From a candidate division WOR-3 bacterium (lineage in GTDB: Bacteria > Hydrothermota > Hydrothermia > B15-G9 > WFZT01): a stretch of 50,229 nt of DNA. The stretch's first letter is position 1. The number at the start of each line of letters is the position of its first letter. Of this stretch, positions 1 through 9,209 are shown in pieces. The translations under genes were made by a program, and so were the position numbers. The notes under the pieces are model-generated. The model did not search any database and was not told the origin of the DNA. It worked only from the letters and a program-made list of their open reading frames with translations. The stretch spans positions 1-50,229 of the forward strand of contig JALUEE010000040.1 of assembly GCA_027053075.1 (NCBI GenBank), in the 5' to 3' direction.

Positions 1-193
1 CCATCTTCATAACCTCATCCATTGACTTATTTTCGATCGCATATTTTTTCAGCATGCCACCAGGCTTTCTTATGGGCCTGATAACTATTTTCTCGCCCTC
101 CATCTCTATCTGGACGATGTTTGTCCCTAACTTTTTCCGAAGAGGGGCGGGGATTGTAATCTGTCCCTTTTTTGTAATTTTTGCGATTGACAT
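1..193 (-). CDS. AbrB/MazE/SpoVT-family DNA-binding protein, probable type II antitoxin (runs off the window; not in the ORF track)
   Basis: Manual translation from ATG at 193: MSIAKITKKGQITIPAPLRKKLGTNIVQIEMEGEKIVIRP, with the AbrB 'KGQITIP..R' signature; GGAGG SD upstream. Confidence 0.85.
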   Translation of the reverse strand, partial: MSIAKITKKGQITIPAPLRKKLGTNIVQIEMEGEKIVIRPIRKPGGMLKKYAIENKSMDEVMKM

Positions 194-212
194 CTTACCT
201 TCCTCCATATTC

Positions 213-253
213 TTACTTTCTCAAAAAGTAATCCATAAGGTGATAAATATCAA
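213..253 (-). promoter_or_regulatory. sigma70-like promoter with overlapping palindromic operator for the AbrB-family gene
   Basis: Minus strand TTGATA-17-TACTTT; inverted repeat TTACTTT-N5-AAAGTAA at 213-231 overlaps the -10. Confidence 0.55.
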
Positions 254-263
254 GTGGCGTGGA

Positions 264-574
264 GAGTGTGTTAGAAAATTCCCCCTCCTATCCCTGACAT
301 CACCCATGTTTTTGCTTTTCATGTATATTTATACAACGCAATCTGGGCGGGAAATTCAATTTTTCGCACTAAATCAACAATTTTTACCGGAAGGATATAT
401 TCGTTTATACCGTATAAAGAGAGTGTTCAAATATTGAGCGTAGTACACCTTTTTGTAGTCGTGGTAAGGGATGAGGTGTTATTTTCCAGAAATTCGTGGG
501 TGACGTCAGGGCAATAGGTGGGGGGCAAATTTTTCGACAAAAATTAATGGATTTGAGATTTTTCGAACAGGCTC
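264..574. mobile_element. MITE (TIR GAGnnTGTTCGAAAA family) whose central hairpin is replaced by an IS4-ended mini-element
   Basis: Ends GAGTGTGTTAGAAAA / TTTTCGAACAGGCTC; right portion nearly identical to the copy at 44183-44309; flanked by AGTGGCGTGGA / AGTGGCTGGA. Confidence 0.8.
294..509. mobile_element. Non-autonomous mini-element with IS4-type ends (216 bp)
   Basis: Left end CTGACATCACCCATGTTTTT identical to the IS4 end at 798; right end GTGGGTGACGTCAG is its inverted copy; no transposase inside. Confidence 0.75.
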
Positions 575-704
575 AGTGGCTGGAGCCTATTTAAAAAACT
601 ACATTTTTGAGACAGGTGGGGCTATGTACTCTTCCTCTCGCTTTGAAAGTATTGCACAGGAAGAGGTTGTTAAGCCTGAAAATTTTAGAAATTCAAGATG
701 ATAA

Positions 705-742
705 CCCTCACCCTGGCCCTCTCCCGCAGAGCGGGAGAGGGG
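705..742. repeat. REP-like palindromic repeat (CCCTCACC..CCCTCTCCC-loop-GGGAGAGGG)
   Basis: CCCTCACCCTGGCCCTCTCCCGCAGAGCGGGAGAGGG; related copies near 7520, 19633, 19820, 37312, 39312. Confidence 0.8.
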
Positions 743-797
743 ATTCACAGATTTTTTTTGATTGAAATTTTTTAGTTGTGTCCCCCCACCTGAATCC

Positions 798-1226
798 CTG
801 ACATCACCCATGTTTTTTAAGCAAATGAATATTTATACATCCTGTATTCCATTATCCTCATCGCATTTACTAACCTCATGAATAACAAATGTGCTATCCT
901 CCATGTGCTCACATATATGTGCCTGAACCTGCTTAATATGCTCTCCCTCTCCTCCTCACTCCTCGGCACCTCCACCATTCCACCTAAACTTAACTGGATC
1001 GCATAACTCATCACGCTCACTATCAACAACTTCTCTATCCTGTGCTTCAAGGGCAACTTCTTCGTGTATTCCTCCCACTTCAACCTGCCCTTCATATCCT
1101 TGAAACTCTCCTCTATCCACATCCTCCTCTCATAATCCCTTATTACTTCCTTCCTATTCTTCCTGTTCGTGGCCAAATACCACCTGTTCCCATCCTTCTC
1201 GCTTATCACTAAATTTATCCCCTTCT
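798..1226 (-). pseudogene. IS4-family (IS10-like) transposase C-terminal remnant plus downstream terminal repeat; truncated at the IS630
   Basis: WYLATN...YERRMWIEESFKDMK matches the IS4 Y-(2)-R-(3)-E-(6)-K motif; stop at 817; end CTGACATCACCC at 798; N-terminal part absent beyond the IS630. Confidence 0.8.
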
Positions 1227-1270
1227 TATTGACCTTTGCATTAACAAAGACACGAGAGTATAATCTACCT

Positions 1271-1747
1271 ATGAGACCTAAAGGAAGTGCTGAAGCTTTG
1301 GAAATGCGTCGGCTAATCGCCGCACGCCTACTCCAACAAGGCAGAGGTATCCGTGAGGTAGCTCGTATGGTTGGAGTTACCCCTGCCTCCGTACTCCGCT
1401 GGAAAAAAGCACTGGAACGTGGAGGCATAGAGGCTCTGAAAGCTAAACCCCATCCTGGTAAACCACCGAAGTTAACCGATGAGCAAAAGAGAGAATTGGG
1501 AGATATTCTTCTTAAGGGTCCACTGGCTTCGGGATTTCCTACTGATCTGTGGACACTGAAGCGGGTGGCTCAGGTGATAGAGCGTCAGTTTGGGGTAAAA
1601 TATCATCCCAGCCATGTGTGGAAGATACTGAGAGGTATGGGGTGGAGTGCACAGAAGCCGGAGAGGCGAGCTCGCGAGAGGGACGAGGTAGCTATTCGTC
1701 AGTGGCAAGAAGGAACCTGGCCAGAGGTTAAAAAAAACCCGTCGTGA
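1271..1747 (+). CDS. IS630 transposase OrfA (HTH / winged-HTH part)
   Basis: MRPKGSAEALE...REVARMVGV..SVLRW, PGKPPKL, WTLKRV...GVKYH...GWSAQKP; start reassigned to ATG 1271 inside the IS. Confidence 0.9.
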   Translation: MRPKGSAEALEMRRLIAARLLQQGRGIREVARMVGVTPASVLRWKKALERGGIEALKAKPHPGKPPKLTDEQKRELGDILLKGPLASGFPTDLWTLKRVAQVIERQFGVKYHPSHVWKILRGMGWSAQKPERRARERDEVAIRQWQEGTWPEVKKNPS

Positions 1748-1751
1748 TGGG

Positions 1752-2285
1752 ATGAGTATAGTGTTGATAGACGAGAGCGGATTTATGTTGCAACCGTTAG
1801 TGCGGAGGACATGGGCACCAAAAGGGGAGACACCGATACAGTACAGTTGGGATAGACATGATAGGCTATCAGTGATAGCAGCGTTGACAGTAGCTCCGAG
1901 GCGTAGGCGTATAGGGTTGTACTTTCAGATATATGATCGGAATATAAGAGCGGAGGAGGTGGTGAAGTTTCTCACAATGATTCATAGGCAAGTGAGGCGG
2001 AGGCTTTTGGTGATAATGGACAGATACAGTGTGCATCGGAAGGCAGTGCGTTTATTGGGGGAGAGGGGTGTAGAGTGGATGGAGGTGGAGTGGCTACCAG
2101 CGTATGCGCCGGAGTTGAACCCAGTGGAGAGGGTGTGGAATCACAGCAAGTATGGTACATTAGCGAACTTTCTACCAGAGGACGTGAGGCATCTTGAGGA
2201 GGCAGTAGGTAAGTCAATAAAGGAGATACAAGGTAATGGGAATTTGAAGCGAGCATTTTTTGCCCATGCAGGGCTGGAGCTGTGA
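1752..2285 (+). CDS. IS630 transposase OrfB (DDE domain), joined to OrfA by a +1 shift
   Basis: IDESGF, IMDRYSVH, LPAYAPELNPVERVW motifs; A8 run at 1730-1737. Confidence 0.9.
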   Translation: MSIVLIDESGFMLQPLVRRTWAPKGETPIQYSWDRHDRLSVIAALTVAPRRRRIGLYFQIYDRNIRAEEVVKFLTMIHRQVRRRLLVIMDRYSVHRKAVRLLGERGVEWMEVEWLPAYAPELNPVERVWNHSKYGTLANFLPEDVRHLEEAVGKSIKEIQGNGNLKRAFFAHAGLEL

Positions 2286-2379
2286 TGCGTCACTTTTTCT
2301 TAGCAAAGGTCAATAAAATTCCAATTTAGGTTGAAATTCTTCGAACGCGCTTAATTTACTGTGCAAATATTTTCCGTCC

Positions 2380-3654
2380 TCAGGACTCGTAAATCTTCAC
2401 GTAAATCTTTTTTCTGAGCTTCTTCACGTAGGCGTCAATGGCCTGCTGAAGTTTTCGCTGGTAAAGAATCTGGGTTAGCTGTGGCTGTATCTCTTCAAAC
2501 GACGGCCTTCCACCTTTCTTTCTATCAATAAGCTTGATGATGTGATAGCCGAACTGTGTCAAAACAGGGGCTGAAATCTCGCCCACCTTCATGGTATCAA
2601 TGACAGATTTCATATCGGGCGGAAGATTGGTGACCGGAATCCATCCGAGGTCTCCGCCGAGGTCTTTTGTGTCAGTATCGTCTGAGTATTTTGAAGCAAG
2701 CTCGTCAAATGAGTATTTACCTGATTTGAGCAATCTATAAACCTTTTCTGCAAGCTTCTTAGCCCTCAGAGTGTCATTCCTGGTGGGTCTAAACTGCACA
2801 AATATCTGCTTTAAGTGGTACATGTCGTCCTGTTTCTCCACCATCTTGAAAATGTGGAAGCCATAGTCACCCTCGACCGGTGGTGCAATTTCCCCGGGCT
2901 CAAGTGGGGCAACAACCTTTCTGATATGCTCAGGCAGGTCGGTTTTCTTAACGATTCCAATATCGCCTCCATTGGCTGCAGACTGCAGGTCATCGGAGTA
3001 CTTTGAGGCAAGGTCCTCAAAGCTTGCTCCATTCTGGAGTTTTTTATAAAGGGCTTCGGCCTTTCTCTTTGCCTGAGCCACCACTTCGGGTGATGGCTTA
3101 ATTCTTATTAAAATATGGGCAATTCGCACCATATCAGGCTTTGGTGGAATTGAATCCAGATGAGTTTCGTAAAACTTCTTAACCTCATCTGGAGAAACAC
3201 TGACAAGTGGTTTGATCTTCTTTTCAATGAGTTTTTGCACGTATAGCTGCTCCCTGACATTTTTTCTGTACTTTCTGCGGAGAGCAGCCTCAGTTAAACC
3301 CTCTTCTTTCAATTTCTCCTGAAAAGCTTTCTCGCCCATCTGCTGTTTCATGTTCTGTATCTGCTGGTCGAGATACTTATCTATTTCGGCATCCGTAACT
3401 TTGATTGTGGTATCCTTCTTTGCTTCCACGTAGAGCAATTTTTCCGTTATTAATTCATCGAGAATCTTTTTCCTGAGCTCGGAATCTGAGATATTGGCAG
3501 GAAATTGCATCCTGTAGAAAGCGAATGCCTGGTCAAGGTCCGATTTTAGAATGACCTCGCCATCCACTTTGGCTACAACTTTATCAACCAGCTTCTTTTG
3601 CTGGGCAGAGGCAAAAATGGGGATGATTAAAAGGAAAAGCGCAATCTTCTTCAT
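2380..3654 (-). CDS. surA: SurA-like periplasmic chaperone / parvulin PPIase
   Basis: Signal peptide, DKVVAKVDGEVIL N-domain, two rotamase domains (FEDLASKYSDD..GGDIG; FDELASKYSDD..GGDLGW..FGYHII). Confidence 0.85.
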   Translation of the reverse strand: MKKIALFLLIIPIFASAQQKKLVDKVVAKVDGEVILKSDLDQAFAFYRMQFPANISDSELRKKILDELITEKLLYVEAKKDTTIKVTDAEIDKYLDQQIQNMKQQMGEKAFQEKLKEEGLTEAALRRKYRKNVREQLYVQKLIEKKIKPLVSVSPDEVKKFYETHLDSIPPKPDMVRIAHILIRIKPSPEVVAQAKRKAEALYKKLQNGASFEDLASKYSDDLQSAANGGDIGIVKKTDLPEHIRKVVAPLEPGEIAPPVEGDYGFHIFKMVEKQDDMYHLKQIFVQFRPTRNDTLRAKKLAEKVYRLLKSGKYSFDELASKYSDDTDTKDLGGDLGWIPVTNLPPDMKSVIDTMKVGEISAPVLTQFGYHIIKLIDRKKGGRPSFEEIQPQLTQILYQRKLQQAIDAYVKKLRKKIYVKIYES

Positions 3655-4487
3655 TTCAGATTCCTCCTGATGATTTTGATTTCGTATTTTGCCTTCAGTG
3701 TGCGGTACAAAGAGTCTTCAAGCTCCTCCTTCCTCACACGTTTAAGGGTTTCAAAAAGGATTTTCTCCTCTTCCTGAGTCATTTTTGAGTTTTTGACCCT
3801 CAGGACTTTGGCGATTCCATAGGTATCGTTGAGCTTTACAACCTCGGTGGGTTTACCAAATGGAGTCGCCTTTATCTGGTCTGCCAGGGCATCTGGCACC
3901 TGCAGGAGTATCAAGCCAAGATTTTGATCCTCATTGTAGCTAACCGTTACATCCGGATCAGCCTGGTATTTTCTCAATTTCCGGTCAAAATTTCGGTATG
4001 TTACGTACCTCATATCCTTTTTAATCTTTGGAATCAACGTGCTATCAGTGAAGAAAATTAAGAGAATGTCCACCCTTTTATTTAGCAAATCTTTGTTTTT
4101 CTCAAGATAATCCTTGAAAACCTCTTCGTTTACAGGAGTGTTTAAAAGTTTTTGAGAAAGATAGGTCTGAGCGAGCAAAGAACGCTTATACCAGTAAAGT
4201 TTTGCTTTAACTTCGGGCAATGTATCAATGCCCTCTTCCAGTGCAGCCTTATAAAAAACGAGGGTCTTTATGAGCTGATCAACAAGCTCTTCCTTCTGCT
4301 TCCTGTTTAAGAGATAGCCTGGAATTTCCGGTAACTGAGATTTCAGAACAAGATCAGTGATTACTTCGCCATCCACCGTTGCCACTGTATCGCCTGGAAC
4401 AGATTCAAACTTCTCCGCTTTCTCCTCACCGGGATTACATGAGGTTATGAGAAAAGCCAGTAACACCGGGAAAATCACTTTTTTCAT
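3651..4487 (-). CDS. Lipoprotein, degenerate PpiC/SurA-N-type chaperone
   Basis: Lipobox LITSC; VATVDGEVIT and KAALEEGID motifs; lies between mfd and surA. Confidence 0.65.
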   Translation of the reverse strand: MKKVIFPVLLAFLITSCNPGEEKAEKFESVPGDTVATVDGEVITDLVLKSQLPEIPGYLLNRKQKEELVDQLIKTLVFYKAALEEGIDTLPEVKAKLYWYKRSLLAQTYLSQKLLNTPVNEEVFKDYLEKNKDLLNKRVDILLIFFTDSTLIPKIKKDMRYVTYRNFDRKLRKYQADPDVTVSYNEDQNLGLILLQVPDALADQIKATPFGKPTEVVKLNDTYGIAKVLRVKNSKMTQEEEKILFETLKRVRKEELEDSLYRTLKAKYEIKIIRRNLK

Positions 4488-7288
4488 CTTTTTGAGCCTC
4501 CACCAATTTTTCTTTCAAGGAAGTTATTGGAGTATAAACTTTTTTTGCCGTTTTTTACAAGCTGAATATTGTGGTCATTTACGATAATTTTCTCGTATCC
4601 CTCTCGTGCTGCCCAGAGCTTTACCCTGACCACAAAGAGAACCTTTTCGACCTCTTTCGGGAATCTGCCAAATCGGTCGCGCATTTCATCGGCTATTTCC
4701 TCAAGCTCGGAGAAACTTTTTGCCCTCATCAGACGACGGTAAAATGCAATTCTAACCATTGGGTCGGAAATGTAATCTTCAGGAATAAAAAGGCTGGTAT
4801 TAACGATAATTTCTGGCTCTGCTGGAATTTCCTCCCCTCTGATTCGTGCAATGGCTTCCTCAAGCAGCTTAAAGTAGAGCTCATAACCTATCGCATTGAC
4901 ATGTCCATGCTGCTCCTTTCCGAGGAGATTGCCCGCACCCCGTATCTCCAGGTCCGCAAGAGCAATCTTCAAACCTGAGCCAAGATGATGAAACCTTGCT
5001 ATCGCTTTGAGCCTCTCTTTTGCCTTCGCGCCGATATTTTTGGGAATTAAAAAGTATGCGTAGGCCTGCCTCTCACTTCTCCCTACACGTCCCCTGAGCT
5101 GGTGAAGCTCTGCAAGTCCAAAGAGATGTGCATTTTCAACAATAAGCGTGTTGGCATTGGGAAAATCTATACCAGATTCAATAATTGAGGTGGAGACAAG
5201 GACATCGATCTCGCGATTCATGAATTTTATGAAAATATCCTCGAGCCGTTCCTTTTTCATGCGTCCATGAGCATATTCTATGTTTAGCGTGGGGAACATG
5301 CTCTTTAGCTTTTCTGTCCTTTCCTTGATCCCTCGAATTCGGTTGAATAGGTAAAACACCTGCCCTCCCCTCGAAATTTCACGAGAAATGGCTTTGTAAA
5401 CCACGTCCTCGGAGTAGGCAGCAACAATCGTTTCGACAGCTTCTCTTCCTCTCGGGGGTGTCAGGATATACGAAATGTCGTAAATGCTTCCGAGGGCTGC
5501 ATACAGGGTTCTCGGAATAGGTGTTGCTGTCATCCTGATAGTGTCAACCTCTGGAAACTGCCTGTAAATCTTCTCTTTTTGCATAACACCGAATCTGTGC
5601 TCCTCATCTATGATGAGGAGCCCGAGGTCATTGAAAACCACGTCAGGCTGAAGAAGCCTATGAGTTCCTATTATCACATCAATCTCACCTTCGGCAAGTT
5701 TCCTGAGAATTTCCTTGATCTCCGCCTGTGTTCTGAGCCTTGAAAGCATTTCCACCCGGACGTCAAACTGTCCAAGTCTATCCCTGAATGTGCGATAATG
5801 CTGAAGTGCAAGGACGGTGGTTGGAACAAGAACTGCCACCTGTTTGCCGTTTATAATGGCTTTAAATGCTGCTCTGAGTGCAACTTCAGTCTTACCAAAT
5901 CCAACTTCACCCACGATCAACCGGTCCATCACCCTATCAGACTCCATATCCGATTTGACCTCTTCCATGGCCCTGATCTGGTCTTCGGTCTCTTCAAATG
6001 GGAATGTGAGTTCAAACTCACGCTCCCAGAGGGTATCAGCTTTAAAAGCAAACCCTTTCCTCGCCCTGCGACGGGCATAGATTTTTATCAATTCCTCCGC
6101 ATACCTGAAAGCCGAGGCAATGGCCTTTGCCTTTCGCATTGCCCACTGGCCACCTGAGATTGAGGATAGAGAAGGCTCAAAATCCTCGCGGCCACCTACA
6201 AATCTCTGGACTCTCTCAAGATTGTAAGTTGGAACAAGTATCTCGCCATCTTTGTATTCAATAAAAAGGCACTCGTATCTAACTCCCTGATGCTCGAGGG
6301 TTTTAAGTCCCCGGAATCTGCCAATTCCGTAGTCCTCGTGCACCACATAATCGCCAATTCGCAGCATGTTGAAATCTTCAATTCGCTCGCCAGCAGTGAA
6401 AACCTTTTTCTTCTTAATGCGAAATCCTGAAATGTCGGCCTCAGTTATGACCTCGATTTTTTTATCAGGTATGAGAAAGCCCCCGGTCAGAAATCCCACA
6501 TCCTGCTCTACCTCAGGGAAAAGCTCCTGAAATCTCTCCACCTTCCCCTTTTCTGGTGCAACAAAAATCACTCGCCAGCCTTTTTCCAATTTTTCCTTAA
6601 GTTCACGCTCTAAAAGGTCAATTCTACCTTTAAATCTCATAACGGGCTCAATCTCAACATCCGGCCTCTCCTGCTCTTCAATTTCTTTGATTTTCTCAAG
6701 ACTTTCGCCCCCGCTAACCCTGAGATTGAGGATAACTTTTTCAATCTCCTGAATGGACCTCTGGCTAACGGGGTCGAATATCCTGATGGATTCGATTTCA
6801 TCGTCCCAGAACTCAATCCTCACAGGCAAATTCTCACCAAATGGGAAAATGTCCAGGATGCCACCTCTGACTGAGAAATCCCCTTCAACTTCCACAAAGG
6901 GCATTCTTGTATAGCCTGAATCCACCAGTGTCTCAATGATATCCCGCTGGTCGAGATTCTCTCCCTTTTTGATTTCAAATGCAATGTAGGAACCTAAAAT
7001 TTCATAAACAGGTGTGGCATCCTCTTCCGGGTCCATCAAAATAATGGTTGGAATGTCTTTTCTGATTTTTGATTCCCAGGATTTTTCGCCAAAAATTACC
7101 GCACGAGCAATTCCACTTTCATTGATCTCAGTGGCTAAGGTCTTAAATTCATCAGGGTCACCTCTGAATATAAAACTCCCTTCCCTCCTTGCCCTGTTGA
7201 GGAGTACAAGGGTTTTAAAGCTAACAGGCCATATACTGGCAGGTTTACGAAAATCCTCAGTTATTTTCAATAATTTAGCAAGCTTCAT
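4484..7288 (-). CDS. mfd: Transcription-repair coupling factor (compact, 934 aa)
   Basis: RGGILDIFP, GDYVVHEDYGIG, GEVGFGKT, DEEH, TATPIPRT, QLRGRVGR, RGAGNLLG, TRCF C-domain DRFG. Confidence 0.95.
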   Translation of the reverse strand: MKLAKLLKITEDFRKPASIWPVSFKTLVLLNRARREGSFIFRGDPDEFKTLATEINESGIARAVIFGEKSWESKIRKDIPTIILMDPEEDATPVYEILGSYIAFEIKKGENLDQRDIIETLVDSGYTRMPFVEVEGDFSVRGGILDIFPFGENLPVRIEFWDDEIESIRIFDPVSQRSIQEIEKVILNLRVSGGESLEKIKEIEEQERPDVEIEPVMRFKGRIDLLERELKEKLEKGWRVIFVAPEKGKVERFQELFPEVEQDVGFLTGGFLIPDKKIEVITEADISGFRIKKKKVFTAGERIEDFNMLRIGDYVVHEDYGIGRFRGLKTLEHQGVRYECLFIEYKDGEILVPTYNLERVQRFVGGREDFEPSLSSISGGQWAMRKAKAIASAFRYAEELIKIYARRRARKGFAFKADTLWEREFELTFPFEETEDQIRAMEEVKSDMESDRVMDRLIVGEVGFGKTEVALRAAFKAIINGKQVAVLVPTTVLALQHYRTFRDRLGQFDVRVEMLSRLRTQAEIKEILRKLAEGEIDVIIGTHRLLQPDVVFNDLGLLIIDEEHRFGVMQKEKIYRQFPEVDTIRMTATPIPRTLYAALGSIYDISYILTPPRGREAVETIVAAYSEDVVYKAISREISRGGQVFYLFNRIRGIKERTEKLKSMFPTLNIEYAHGRMKKERLEDIFIKFMNREIDVLVSTSIIESGIDFPNANTLIVENAHLFGLAELHQLRGRVGRSERQAYAYFLIPKNIGAKAKERLKAIARFHHLGSGLKIALADLEIRGAGNLLGKEQHGHVNAIGYELYFKLLEEAIARIRGEEIPAEPEIIVNTSLFIPEDYISDPMVRIAFYRRLMRAKSFSELEEIADEMRDRFGRFPKEVEKVLFVVRVKLWAAREGYEKIIVNDHNIQLVKNGKKSLYSNNFLERKIGGGSKR

Positions 7289-7440
7289 AAAGGTAGAATA
7301 ATATCACGTCGCCCCAGCCAATCTCAAGGGTCAGGTGAACTTGTTACTATGGTCGCTAAATTCCATGCCTCACAAACTATGCTTGTGGAGCAAAAACACT
7401 TCGCATTCCTACAGACTTTGCCTGTGGGACAAAAATCACA

Positions 7441-7800
7441 TCCCTCCCCCGCGCTTCGAGCGGGGGAGGGATCAAAGAGAGGGGGCCTTCCGATTAAATT
7501 CTATAAAATTTTCAGATGTAGCCCCTCACCTCAATCCTCTCCCCGCAAGTATTTACGCGAGGAGAGGAGGAAGTTGTGTGTAGAAGCATGTGACAAATTT
7601 CTGACAAGGTCCATACAGGGCTAAATACACTCAGAGGGCACTTCACTTTTTTTCACAAGCAGACCCCCAGCAACCACAGAAATCTTCTTTTCCCAAGTTT
7701 CACTTTTAAAAATTACCTCCCGCCCACGCTGTGCAAGTAAGACAAAAAGCACCTCCCTCCCCCGCGCTGTGCGCGGGGGAGGGATTCAAGGGAGGGGGCT
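7441..7800. repeat. Cluster of REP-like hairpins (BIME-like arrangement)
   Basis: Hairpins near 7441-7471, 7520-7570 and 7752-7785 with related flanking linkers. Confidence 0.75.
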
Positions 7801-7880
7801 TTCCGCTTGAAATTTATAAATTTCTGCGCAGTTTAAATCAATGGATTTTCTCTTACCAACCAGCAGTCCTCCCTAAAACC

Positions 7881-9209
7881 CTAAAAACCTTTCCTCTTCA
7901 AAATCACCAGTGTCTCAACATGGTGAGTGTGGGGGAAGAAATCGTAGGGTTGCATAAGCTCTATGTCATAATAATCCACGAGTATTCTCATGTCCCTCGC
8001 AAGTGTAACAGGATTACATGAAACATACGCAACTTCAGGAGGTCTTTTGTCAATGATAAAATCAATAACTTCCTTCTCAAGCCCCTTCCTCGGTGGGTCG
8101 AGCAAGAGAAGGTCCGGCCGCTCAAGCGTTGGAAGAATATTCTCAACCTTTCCCTCAAAGTACTCCACGTTAAACTGATTATTGATACTCACATTTTCAT
8201 GGGCATCCTTTACCGATGAAGTACTTTCCTCAATTCCTATGACCTTTTTTGCCCTGTCAGCCATACTCAGCGCAAAGAGTCCCACGCCCGCATAGGCATC
8301 AATTATGGTATCGTAATCTTCGCTAAGCACATCCCGCATATTTTCAATCAGTCGCGTAACCTGTCTCACATTGACCTGGAAAAAGGAAAGGGCAGATACC
8401 CTGAAAGAACGACCAAGAACCTTCTCCATATAATAAGGCCGCCCCAACACCTTTCGCGTTTTAGGCCCATAAATTACGTTCGTCCTCTTTGGATTTATAT
8501 TTTCCACCACCCCGATTATCCTCTCTGGATCAAGTGCAAGAATTTTCTCTGCAAAGCTTTTGACAATAGCCGTCTCCTTCACAACAAGAACTACCAGCGT
8601 CTCACCTGTATTTTCCGATCCCCTCAAAACAAAATGCCTGAGCTTACCGTAGTGCTTCTCCTCATTGTAGATGGTGAGAGGCTCCCCTTGGAGCAGCTTT
8701 TTAAATCCCCTTAGCACCGGATCAAACTGCTTCAACTGCACGAGACAGCTATCTATATCAACGATAAAATGTGTCCCTTCCTCATAATACCCGATGAGAA
8801 CCCTGTTTTTCACCCGTTTAAGTGGATACTGGGCCTTATTCCTGAAGTGCCACGGGTTTTCCATTCCTATTACATCAGCAATGGGGACCTGCTCAATTTT
8901 CCCAATCCTTCTGAAGGCATCGAGGATAATATCCTTTTTGAATTTCAACTGCCATTTGTAATCCACCATCTGCCACTGACAGCCACCACAGCGGGGAAAA
9001 TAAGGGCACCCGGGCTCAGTCCGGGCTTCAGACGGTTCGATAATCTTCCTGATCCTCGTGCTTATGTAATCCTTTTTCTCATTAACCACTTCCACTTCAA
9101 GCCTGTCACCGGGCACACCACCGTCAATGAAGACCGCCTTCCCATTGTAGTAGGAAATAGCGTCTCCTCCTGGTATCATTTTTTCAACTTCAACGAGGAA
9201 TCTTTTCAT
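7881..9209 (-). CDS. rlmD: 23S rRNA (uracil-C5)-methyltransferase RlmD
   Basis: TRAM domain, CPYFPRCGGC Fe-S motif, SFFQVN, DAYAGVG, LDPPRKG, YVSCNP, FPHTHHVE. Confidence 0.92.
   Translation of the reverse strand: MKRFLVEVEKMIPGGDAISYYNGKAVFIDGGVPGDRLEVEVVNEKKDYISTRIRKIIEPSEARTEPGCPYFPRCGGCQWQMVDYKWQLKFKKDIILDAFRRIGKIEQVPIADVIGMENPWHFRNKAQYPLKRVKNRVLIGYYEEGTHFIVDIDSCLVQLKQFDPVLRGFKKLLQGEPLTIYNEEKHYGKLRHFVLRGSENTGETLVVLVVKETAIVKSFAEKILALDPERIIGVVENINPKRTNVIYGPKTRKVLGRPYYMEKVLGRSFRVSALSFFQVNVRQVTRLIENMRDVLSEDYDTIIDAYAGVGLFALSMADRAKKVIGIEESTSSVKDAHENVSINNQFNVEYFEGKVENILPTLERPDLLLLDPPRKGLEKEVIDFIIDKRPPEVAYVSCNPVTLARDMRILVDYYDIELMQPYDFFPHTHHVETLVILKRKGF

Larger units (their letters stand above)
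1229..2313 (+). mobile_element. IS630-family insertion sequence
   Basis: TIR TTGACCTTTGC (1229) / GCAAAGGTCAA (2313), flanked by TA at 1227-1228 and 2314-2315; two-ORF transposase. Confidence 0.93.

Noticed and set aside
817..1428. 203-aa ORF as a complete gene
   Set aside because: Its N-terminal third is the antisense of the IS630 left end; only the part below 1227 is IS4 transposase
4484..7288. Short Mfd as a pseudogene
   Set aside because: All motor, RID and C-terminal motifs are intact; compact Mfd proteins occur in other lineages
7335..8021. Short ORFs at 54, 599, 7335, 7349, 7731, 28394, 39138, 39163 and 44379
   Set aside because: They are read-throughs of palindromic repeats or antisense overlaps, with no SD or recognisable family
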